Source of the DNA: Bacteroidales bacterium
GTDB lineage: Bacteria; Bacteroidota; Bacteroidia; Bacteroidales; VadinHA17
NCBI GenBank assembly: GCA_029932855.1
Contig: JAOZPG010000001.1
Span: 83,404 to 147,403, forward strand
Reading direction: 5' to 3'
Length of the DNA stretch: 64,000 bases
Part shown: positions 56,665 through 64,000 of the stretch, piece after piece
Layout: every line of letters starts with the position of its first letter
Position numbering within the stretch: position 1 is the stretch's first letter
Notes under the pieces: model-generated
Told to the model about the DNA's origin: nothing
Databases searched by the model: none
Seen by the model: the letters and a program-made list of their open reading frames with translations, nothing else
Translations under genes and position numbers: made by a program

Positions 56665-57756
56665 ATGTCTGCAGAAGCATATAAAATAAAAGATAAAGGA
56701 CTTAAGCTTTACAAGCAGGAAGCAGATAATGAAATGTCTTTTATTTATTATGGGCATTTCTCAGATCGGGTAAATGATTCTCTTGTTCCACTGGCAGAAA
56801 TTTTTATTGGAAAGAGCCAGGTTGACCTGAAAATACGTAAAAGGGCATTCTATATTTTTGTGGAATGCATACAAAATGTAAACCGTCATAGCAGTAAAGG
56901 GAAGAGGAGTAAAAGCTTTCCTCACGAGATCTTTTCAATAAGACAGAAACAAAACAGGTTTAACATTGCATTTGGAAATGTAATGCCGAATTCAAAGGTT
57001 GGGTTTTTAAAGTCAAAGATCGATGATCTGAATAAAACTTCCGTAGAAAAACTTAACCTTAAATATAAGCGTATCTTAAAGGATACAGTATTATCAAAAC
57101 TGGGTGGGGCAGGACTGGGATTAATTGAAGTGGCAAGGAAATCAGGGAATAAGATCAGGTATAAATTTGATAAGCTTGATGATAGTTATTCATATTTTTC
57201 AATGGAAACCAATATTAATGAACCCGGACAGGAAACCACTTTGCCCAAATTTGACGGCCTGTCCTGTCTTGATCTGTATAAACAAGAATTTAGTAAACAT
57301 AAGTTTGGGTTTTTTCTTAAAGCCCCCAGGGAAACATTTTTGGAACTTAAGGAAAGAAATTTATTTGTCCTGATGAATAAGCTTGATAAACCCGGCTTTT
57401 TTAAGCTTAAAAATCCTGAAAATTACCTGAGTGCAATAATTGAGTCTATTAATGGCAATTGTATGGAAGAATTATTGCCAGGGAAAGGATTAATACTCAA
57501 GCTGGAGAGGGTAGAAAAAGAAAGGTATTTTAATTTATGTTTAAATGGGAATGATGTACAGGTAGAGGATTGTGTAGATGATTTGAGAAAAAATATCGAT
57601 AAACAGGAAACGGGCAACAGTATAGCAAAAAAGACTTATAAACAATTTTTCGAGTTGTTAAACCTGTTACAATATAATACAAAGCAGAAAACACTTATCG
57701 AAACAGGCCATCATTATCCCGGGAATAAATTTCTTATAATAAGAACCCCCTTATAA
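56665..57756 (+). CDS. SiaB-like GHKL protein kinase family protein with an extra C-terminal half
   Basis: 363 aa. The N-terminal half has MSFIYYGHFSDRVNDSLVPLAE, KIRKRAFYIFVECIQNVNRHS and GGAGLGLIEVARKSGNKIRYKF, a pattern I associate with SiaB-family (DUF6272-like) kinases. These are normally about 180 aa, and the remaining ~175 aa are unassigned. Confidence 0.5.
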   Translation: MSAEAYKIKDKGLKLYKQEADNEMSFIYYGHFSDRVNDSLVPLAEIFIGKSQVDLKIRKRAFYIFVECIQNVNRHSSKGKRSKSFPHEIFSIRQKQNRFNIAFGNVMPNSKVGFLKSKIDDLNKTSVEKLNLKYKRILKDTVLSKLGGAGLGLIEVARKSGNKIRYKFDKLDDSYSYFSMETNINEPGQETTLPKFDGLSCLDLYKQEFSKHKFGFFLKAPRETFLELKERNLFVLMNKLDKPGFFKLKNPENYLSAIIESINGNCMEELLPGKGLILKLERVEKERYFNLCLNGNDVQVEDCVDDLRKNIDKQETGNSIAKKTYKQFFELLNLLQYNTKQKTLIETGHHYPGNKFLIIRTPL

Positions 57757-57920
57757 GAATATTTTTCAGGGAAAGGATTTATTTTATTCTTGGTCTGTGT
57801 TAAGAGAAAGTTCCTGATTTTTTCATATTTCGCACACCAAATATGATTTGCTTCTTTGTTAAGTAAGGGTTTTAATTTTAATAAAAAATCAATATATTAT
57901 TAAAATTATCCAGATGATTT

Positions 57921-58613
57921 ATGCCTGTTAAAGAGCTTTATAGCAATTTTATTGACCTGGTGTTTCCTCCGGTATGTTCATCATGCGGGCAGCTTCTTGT
58001 TCAGGGGGAAAAGTATATATGCACAAAGTGTCTGCTCGAAATGCCCAAAACAAATTATCATTTACATAAAGACAACCCTGTTGCTGAAGCATTATGGGGA
58101 AGGGCAAAGATAGAAAATGCAACTGCATTATATTTTTTTGAAAGCGGTAGCAAATATCAGAATCTGATTCATAATATTAAATATAAGGGACAGAAGGAGA
58201 CTGCTTATGGCATGGGTTTGCTTTTCGGAAAAGAAATAATGGAGTCAGATTTCAAGAATATTGATCTTATAATTCCTGTGCCCCTGCATAGGGCAAAAAG
58301 GCGTAAAAGAGGTTTTAATCAGAGCGAATGGATAGCAAAAGGATTATCTGAAAGCATGGGAAAACCACTTGAGACGGGACTTTTATACAGGCAGAAATCC
58401 AATCCTTCCCAAACAAGAAAGAACAGGTATGAACGATGGGAAAATGTTGAAGATATTTTCAGCATAAGGAATAATGAAGCCTTATCGGGCAAGCATATAT
58501 TACTGGTTGATGACGTATTAACAACCGGTTCAACAATAGATGCCTGTGCAAATGTTTTGTTAAAACAACAAGATGTGAAACTAAGTGTTGCCGTACTGGC
58601 TTATGCCCTTTAA
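57921..58613 (+). CDS. ComF family protein (phosphoribosyltransferase-like)
   Basis: 230 aa. N-terminal zinc-finger cysteines CSSCG...CTKC and PRTase motif ILLVDDVLTTGSTI. Confidence 0.85.
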   Translation: MPVKELYSNFIDLVFPPVCSSCGQLLVQGEKYICTKCLLEMPKTNYHLHKDNPVAEALWGRAKIENATALYFFESGSKYQNLIHNIKYKGQKETAYGMGLLFGKEIMESDFKNIDLIIPVPLHRAKRRKRGFNQSEWIAKGLSESMGKPLETGLLYRQKSNPSQTRKNRYERWENVEDIFSIRNNEALSGKHILLVDDVLTTGSTIDACANVLLKQQDVKLSVAVLAYAL

Positions 58614-58651
58614 GCATTTTTGCCAGGTGTTATTGCATGCTGTTTTCTTAT

Positions 58652-59221
58652 TTAATGACTTCCCCACTTAAAGCTGTCTATCTCAAATCCGGCGAGGCCA
58701 AGTATTTTGTCACTTAATGTTTCTGCAAGATCTTTGATTGTTGCAGGCCTGCCATAAAAAGAAGGTGATGCCGGACATATTATTGCACCTGCCTCGCTAA
58801 GACTTTTCATATTATTTATGTGAATAAGATTGTAAGGCATTTCCCTGGGAACAATAAGCAGCTTCTTTCTTTCTTTAAGCATTACATCTGCAGCCCTGCT
58901 TATCAAATCGTTTGAAATGCCTGCAGCAATCCTGCCCATGGCGCCCATGGAGGAAGGGCAAATGATCATTGTATCGAATCCGGCCGATCCTGAAGCAAAG
59001 GGAGCATTAAAATCATAAGGATCGTATTGTTTAAAAGGCAGTTTCTTATAATCGGAATTTTTAAGTTCGTATTCCCATATCTCTTTTGCATTTTTTGAAA
59101 ACACTATGGCAGTATCAGCCAGTTGTTCTTTTATTATAGAAAGCCTGTTTATGAGAGATTGGGCATATATTGCACCACTGGCACCCGTGACGGCTATAAT
59201 CAGATTTTTTTTATTGTTCAT
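58652..59221 (-). CDS. ubiX: UbiX family flavin prenyltransferase
   Basis: 189 aa. N-terminal IIAVTGASGAIYA, with CPSSMGAMGRIAAG and LIVPREMP blocks. Confidence 0.9.
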   Translation of the reverse strand: MNNKKNLIIAVTGASGAIYAQSLINRLSIIKEQLADTAIVFSKNAKEIWEYELKNSDYKKLPFKQYDPYDFNAPFASGSAGFDTMIICPSSMGAMGRIAAGISNDLISRAADVMLKERKKLLIVPREMPYNLIHINNMKSLSEAGAIICPASPSFYGRPATIKDLAETLSDKILGLAGFEIDSFKWGSH

Positions 59222-59909
59222 TATTCATTTTTTCCATTAATAATTTTTTTAATTCTTTAACACCTTTACCGGCACCCATTTTCAATGAAATAATATTTGA
59301 GGAAGGAGGAACAACTTCATTTGGATCAATCAGGTAAACAGGTATATCCCTGGAAGTATACTGTAACAATCCGGCTGCAGGATAAACATTTAGTGAAGTA
59401 CCAATAATAACCAGTATATCGGCCGATTGCATAATGGGAATAGCATCTTCGATAGCCGGGACAGCTTCTCCAAACCATACTATATGCGGACGTAGCTGGT
59501 ATCCTTTTTCACATTTATCACCTTCTTTTAGTTCCCATCCTTTAAGTTCATAGATAAGGGATGGGTCGCCTGTACTCCTCACCTTTTTCAATTCACCATG
59601 CAGATGCAAGACCTTAGAGCTGCCGGCTCTTTCATGAAGATCATCCACGTTTTGTGTAATTATTTCCACGTCATAATCATTTTCAAGCTCAGCAAGACCC
59701 ATGTGACCACAGTTGGGTTCCACTTCATATAACTGCTTTCTTCTTTCATTATAGAACTTAAGTACAAGGTCTCGATTATTTTCCCAGGCCATGGGACTGG
59801 CAACCTCGGTAACATCATATTCTTCCCATAATCCACCCATATCCCTAAAGGTTCTAATGCCACTTTCGGCACTTATTCCTGCCCCGCTTAAAACAATCAG
59901 CTTTTTCAC
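59211..59909 (-). CDS. cobB: NAD-dependent protein deacylase (Sir2 family), apparently lacking the Cys4 zinc site
   Basis: 232 aa. Motifs GAGISAESGIRTFRD, QNVDDLHERAG and HLHGEL. Only one Cys remains in the region where sirtuins carry CxxC...CxxC. It has an 11-nt overlap with ubiX. Confidence 0.88.
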   Translation of the reverse strand: MKKLIVLSGAGISAESGIRTFRDMGGLWEEYDVTEVASPMAWENNRDLVLKFYNERRKQLYEVEPNCGHMGLAELENDYDVEIITQNVDDLHERAGSSKVLHLHGELKKVRSTGDPSLIYELKGWELKEGDKCEKGYQLRPHIVWFGEAVPAIEDAIPIMQSADILVIIGTSLNVYPAAGLLQYTSRDIPVYLIDPNEVVPPSSNIISLKMGAGKGVKELKKLLMEKMNNEQ

Positions 59910-60069
59910 ATTTTGCTTTTTAGATTGTTAATTTACTGAATCTTGCTTCCCTTCATTTTAGTACAGGCTTTTCTTGCAGACTCTGAATATATGTAATTAT
60001 TTATTTTGTTAACTTAGCAAAAATAGAAGACAAATACTAACGATCTGATAACCAGGAGTTTTAATTAAG

Positions 60070-62019
60070 ATGATAGACAGGAATACAATTGACAGAATAA
60101 TGGATATTGCAGAAATATCGGAAGTTATTCAGGATTTTGTTACGCTTAAAAAAAGAGGGGTAAACTACCTGGGTCTCTGTCCTTTTCATAATGAAAAAAC
60201 CCCTTCATTTACAGTATCTCCGGCCAAGGGTATATATAAATGCTTTGGTTGCGGAAAGGCAGGGAATGTGGTTGGTTTTATAATGGAGCATGAACATCTC
60301 AGTTATCCTGATGCCCTGAGATACCTTGCCCGCAAATATCATATTGAAATAGTTGAGAAAGAATTATCTGAAGAAGAGAAACAGCAGCAAAACGAAAAAG
60401 AAAGCTTGCTGGTTATCCTTTCCTGGGCCAATAAATATTATCATGAAATGTTGTTTCATGATAATGAGGGGATATCAATAGGACTTAGCTATTTCAAAGA
60501 AAGAGGCTTCAGGCAGGAGACACTTAAGAAATTCAATGTTGGTTATTCCCCCGAAAAAAGAGATGCATTAACAACCAGGGCAATTGAAGCGGGCTATAAA
60601 CCGGATTATCTTATTAAGTCGGGCCTGAGCATAGAAAAAAATAATTCTCATTTCGATAGATTTGCAGGCAGAATAATATTCCCGATTCGTTCTTTATCGG
60701 GACAGGTTATAGGATTTGGTGGCAGGATATTAAAATCTGAAGCAAAAGCAGCAAAATACCTGAATTCACCGGAAACGGATGTTTATCATAAAAGTCGTGT
60801 ATTATATGGTTTATATGAGGGAAAGAAAGATATAGTTGCAAAAGAAAAATGCTTTCTGGTTGAAGGATATACAGATGTTATGGCCCTTCACCAGGCAGGA
60901 ATTGAAAATGTTGTTGCCTCATCCGGAACAGCCCTGAGCAATGACCAGCTAAGACTTATAAAAAGATTTACATCTAATATTACCATTCTTTTTGACGGCG
61001 ATGAAGCTGGTTTAAAAGCTTCACTAAGAGGAATAGACCTGGTATTGGAAGAAGGATTAAATGTAAAAGTGGTAATGTTGCCGCAGGGCGAAGATCCCGA
61101 TTCTTTTTCAAAGAAAAAGAGTGCGAAAGAATTTACAGATTTTATTAATGAGAATGAAAGAGATTTTATAAAGTTCAAAACAGAACTCCTTATTAAAGAA
61201 TCGAAAAATGATCCAATTGGAAGGGCTAATCTTATACGGGATATTGTAAAATCGATATCAGTTATACCTGATAATATCAGCAGGTCGGTATATATTAAAG
61301 AATGCAGCCTTATATTAGGACTCGAAGAGCAAATATTGTATCAGGAAACAGATAAGCTAAGAAGGGGCCGAACAGAACAGAATTACAGAAAATTAAGGAC
61401 AAAAGAAGAAAATATTTCAGGTCAGACGAAAAGAGCTAAAGATATAATTGAGTTCAGGGAAGACACTGAAGCCCAGGAGAAAGAAATTATAAGGATACTT
61501 CTTAATTATGGTGACAGGGAATTATTGATAGTGAAGGAAGAAAATGAGGAAGAAAAGAATATTTCTGTGGCTGAATATATCATTTCCGAGATCAGGGGAG
61601 ACGATCTGAGCATGGAAAATAATAACTACCAGTTAATATTTGATGAATATACAGGACTATTTGAAAAAGGCTCCCCCCCCGGTCAGAAATATTTTATTAA
61701 TCATTCAAATCCTGAAATAAGCAGTTTAAGTGCACAACTGCTTGCTGATGAATATGATCTTAGCAAGATATGGAAGCGTCATGATAATTTTGTAGAAACA
61801 GAAGAAATGAAACTCATAGAACTTGTGCCGGAGACTGTGAATTCATTTAAGAATAAAAAGGTATTAAAAGCCCTGGCAGATTTGCAGGAAAATCTTTCTC
61901 AGGCAGAAAAAAATAACAAGGAAGAAGAAATTTCAGAGATACAGGCCCGTATAGTTGCTCTGAATAATATAAAAAGAGAAATCTCAAGGAAGCTTGGGGG
62001 CAGGATAATATTAAAATAA
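60070..62019 (+). CDS. dnaG: DNA primase
   Basis: 649 aa. Zinc finger CPFHNEKTPSFTVSPAKGIYKCFGCGKAGN, and TOPRIM blocks VEGYTDV and LFDGDEAG. Confidence 0.95.
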   Translation: MIDRNTIDRIMDIAEISEVIQDFVTLKKRGVNYLGLCPFHNEKTPSFTVSPAKGIYKCFGCGKAGNVVGFIMEHEHLSYPDALRYLARKYHIEIVEKELSEEEKQQQNEKESLLVILSWANKYYHEMLFHDNEGISIGLSYFKERGFRQETLKKFNVGYSPEKRDALTTRAIEAGYKPDYLIKSGLSIEKNNSHFDRFAGRIIFPIRSLSGQVIGFGGRILKSEAKAAKYLNSPETDVYHKSRVLYGLYEGKKDIVAKEKCFLVEGYTDVMALHQAGIENVVASSGTALSNDQLRLIKRFTSNITILFDGDEAGLKASLRGIDLVLEEGLNVKVVMLPQGEDPDSFSKKKSAKEFTDFINENERDFIKFKTELLIKESKNDPIGRANLIRDIVKSISVIPDNISRSVYIKECSLILGLEEQILYQETDKLRRGRTEQNYRKLRTKEENISGQTKRAKDIIEFREDTEAQEKEIIRILLNYGDRELLIVKEENEEEKNISVAEYIISEIRGDDLSMENNNYQLIFDEYTGLFEKGSPPGQKYFINHSNPEISSLSAQLLADEYDLSKIWKRHDNFVETEEMKLIELVPETVNSFKNKKVLKALADLQENLSQAEKNNKEEEISEIQARIVALNNIKREISRKLGGRIILK

Positions 62020-62090
62020 TAACGAATTTTGTAAATTGCATCATCATCATTTATTAGCCCCAGATGAAATAAACAACAATTAATAAAACA

Positions 62091-62993
62091 ATGAGATATT
62101 TTATTTTCAGTTTTATGGTCGCTTTATTAGTAAGTTCTTGTACAAACCGGGACGGGATAAACAATTTAAAAGGAGATAATTACTACAGGAATAATACGGC
62201 TGATAAAAGCAGGCGTTTTATTCAGAATAGTTCGGAGCATGAAATTTTTTACGGACTTTATTCCCCCGATGAGGTTTCAAGGATGCTAAAGAGTAGTGGT
62301 TTAAGATATAAGCCCGAGGCTTTTCTCCCGGTTGAAAAAGCTGATAAATACAGTTCGAGCTCCAAACAGGCTGTAAGCCTTGGGATTTATGGTGCTGATT
62401 TCAGCATAGCAAAATTATTTGATGATACAGAAGAAGCGGTAAAATATATGAAGGTTATTGGTCAGTTATCAGAAAAACTCGGTGTGCCACTTGAAATGCT
62501 TGATAATTCGGTGTCTGAAATTGAACAAAAACTAGGAGATATTGATTCATTATCTTATGTGGTTTCAGAAGTATTTACAAGTTCTACTGAATTCCTTTTG
62601 GAAACAGGGCGTGAAAGTGCCATAAGCCTGATAATGATGGGTGGTTGGATAGAAGGGATATACCAGATATTGAATATAATTGAAACCGATACTTTGCCTG
62701 ATCCGGTGTTGATTGAAGCTGTTATAAGTCAAAAATACAGCCTGGATTTTTTGTTAACACTTATGAAAAATCAGTATGAAGATCCGGATGTTGCATATTA
62801 TTACAGGCTCTTTGAGGTGCTGGCTACTCATTTTGAGAAGCTACAGATATATTATATGAAAGGAGAGCTTAAAATAGATACAGCAGCAAAATTAATTAAT
62901 ACCTCCTGGAGCAAGTATGATTATTCCCTTGCTTCGCTTGAAGATATCAAACAGATTGTATCAGGAATAAGATCTATATTAATTGAAACCTGA
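62091..62993 (+). CDS. lipoprotein of unknown family (paralog A)
   Basis: 300 aa with a lipobox LVSSCT. It shares the blocks EV..MLK..G, DKY, LGIYGADFS and MMGGWIEGIY with the next gene. Confidence 0.65.
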   Translation: MRYFIFSFMVALLVSSCTNRDGINNLKGDNYYRNNTADKSRRFIQNSSEHEIFYGLYSPDEVSRMLKSSGLRYKPEAFLPVEKADKYSSSSKQAVSLGIYGADFSIAKLFDDTEEAVKYMKVIGQLSEKLGVPLEMLDNSVSEIEQKLGDIDSLSYVVSEVFTSSTEFLLETGRESAISLIMMGGWIEGIYQILNIIETDTLPDPVLIEAVISQKYSLDFLLTLMKNQYEDPDVAYYYRLFEVLATHFEKLQIYYMKGELKIDTAAKLINTSWSKYDYSLASLEDIKQIVSGIRSILIET

Positions 62994-63059
62994 TTTTTTC
63001 GAGTTTATTTAGATAGATAATTATATAATAGGTTTTTACAAATTAAATTAAGCTTTTAT

Positions 63060-63067
63060 TATATTTG
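63060..63067 (+). promoter_or_regulatory. -7-type promoter box TAtaTTTG
   Basis: An exact TAnnTTTG match 34 nt upstream of the ATG at 63102. TTTA (3 of 4 for the -33 element) lies at 21-nt spacing. Confidence 0.4.
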
Positions 63068-63101
63068 AACTCTTAATGTATTTATTATAAATTTTATTGA
63101 A

Positions 63102-63938
63102 ATGAAAAATCAGGGTATATCTGTGTTAAAAAGTATTTCTTTAACAATTCTTGTTGTACTTATTTCATTAAGTTCCTGCAAGAATGTTAATAAGCAACAG
63201 GACGAAAGCCAGGTGAAAATTGAAGATGTTAAAGGCCAGATCAGTGAGGAAGTTGAGCAATTTGTATATCCTTTACCTACTTCATACGAGGTAACTGAAA
63301 TGCTTAAGCGCATAGGTATTCCTTATATGCTGGGAACTTCCAATACGGTTGAAAATATAGATAAATATTTTACTGCCAAGGCAAAAGCATATAATATAGG
63401 AATTTATGGCAGCGACCTTAGCTATGCCAGTACTTATCACATGACCCAGGAAACAATGCTTTATCTTGAAGCAATTACCCAGCTTGGTAATGACCTGGGA
63501 ATTTCGTCTATCTATAATGAAGATTTGCTGAAAGGGATAGAAGATAATATTAATAATAAAGACACCCTTATTGAGATTATAACAACCACTGTTTATGATA
63601 CTTATGATTTTTTAAATCAGAATGGGAAAGGAGACCTGGCATTATTAATGGTAACCGGAGGATGGGTTGAAGCACTATATCTTACAACAAATGTGTCTGC
63701 AAATATTGCCAACAACCCGGAGATAGTTAAGATCATTTATTCACAAAAGAAATCTCTTGAAGAATTAATCAAGATAATTGAGAAGCGTAAAGATGAGGAA
63801 AATATTAAGGAATTATTAGAAGGTATTACCCCAATAAAAGAAGCTTATGATAAGGTTGACAGCGAAGATATGACGGAAGAAGAATTAAACAATATTATGA
63901 ATGCTGTTGAAGATCTTCGTGAGAAAATAATTGCCTGA
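63102..63938 (+). CDS. lipoprotein of unknown family (paralog B)
   Basis: 278 aa with a lipobox SLSSCK. It shares the blocks EVTEMLKRIG, DKY, IGIYGSDLS and VTGGWVEALY with the previous gene. It has its own TAtaTTTG box upstream and a strong terminator downstream. Confidence 0.65.
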   Translation: MKNQGISVLKSISLTILVVLISLSSCKNVNKQQDESQVKIEDVKGQISEEVEQFVYPLPTSYEVTEMLKRIGIPYMLGTSNTVENIDKYFTAKAKAYNIGIYGSDLSYASTYHMTQETMLYLEAITQLGNDLGISSIYNEDLLKGIEDNINNKDTLIEIITTTVYDTYDFLNQNGKGDLALLMVTGGWVEALYLTTNVSANIANNPEIVKIIYSQKKSLEELIKIIEKRKDEENIKELLEGITPIKEAYDKVDSEDMTEEELNNIMNAVEDLREKIIA

Positions 63939-63961
63939 TATTATCATAAAAAATACAATTT

Positions 63962-63991
63962 AAGCCTGCATGAAAATGCAGGCTTTTTTTT
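63962..63991 (+). terminator. Rho-independent terminator after lipoprotein paralog B
   Basis: AAGCCTGCAT-gaaa-ATGCAGGCTT forms a perfect 10-bp stem, followed by T8. Confidence 0.8.
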
Positions 63992-64000
63992 GATAGCTGG

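Overview
This is a visibly AT-rich, gene-dense chromosomal segment. Gene content and TAnnTTTG promoter-like boxes point to a Bacteroidota genome. I can support about 55 protein-coding genes, nearly all with family motifs recognisable by eye. They include housekeeping genes (uvrC, adenine deaminase, mnmG, ybeY, dut, pheS, ruvB, nadA, rpiB, hemW, gpmA, lgt, ispD, ubiX, dnaG) and a TetR plus TolC/MFP/RND efflux operon. A TetR plus LolA-like plus two FtsX-permease exporter operon runs off the left edge. There is also a dut/TPR/lipoprotein/EnvC-like envelope cluster, a sulfatase, an MscS channel and an acyl-CoA ligase. I found no rRNA, tRNA, CRISPR array, transposase or integrase, so this looks like core genome rather than an island. 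Five items are most worth a second look. (1) A 1394-aa protein with no signal peptide fuses a GT-B glycosyltransferase module, about 450 aa of unrecognisable sequence and a C-terminal NAGPA-type phosphodiester glycosidase module; a stand-alone paralog of its GT module lies convergent across hemW. (2) A TetR regulator carries a textbook 12-residue EF-hand loop right after its HTH, with a 20-bp palindromic operator candidate upstream. (3) Two orphan GHKL partner-switching-type kinases lack partner genes nearby; one is translationally coupled to ybeY and one is a double-length SiaB-like protein. (4) Two tandem paralogous lipoproteins of unknown family follow dnaG. (5) A decayed locus lies between ispD and the sulfatase, and a 15-mer in it is shared with the nadA/rpiB divergent intergenic region. 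All functional calls come from motif recognition by eye; none has been verified by a database search.
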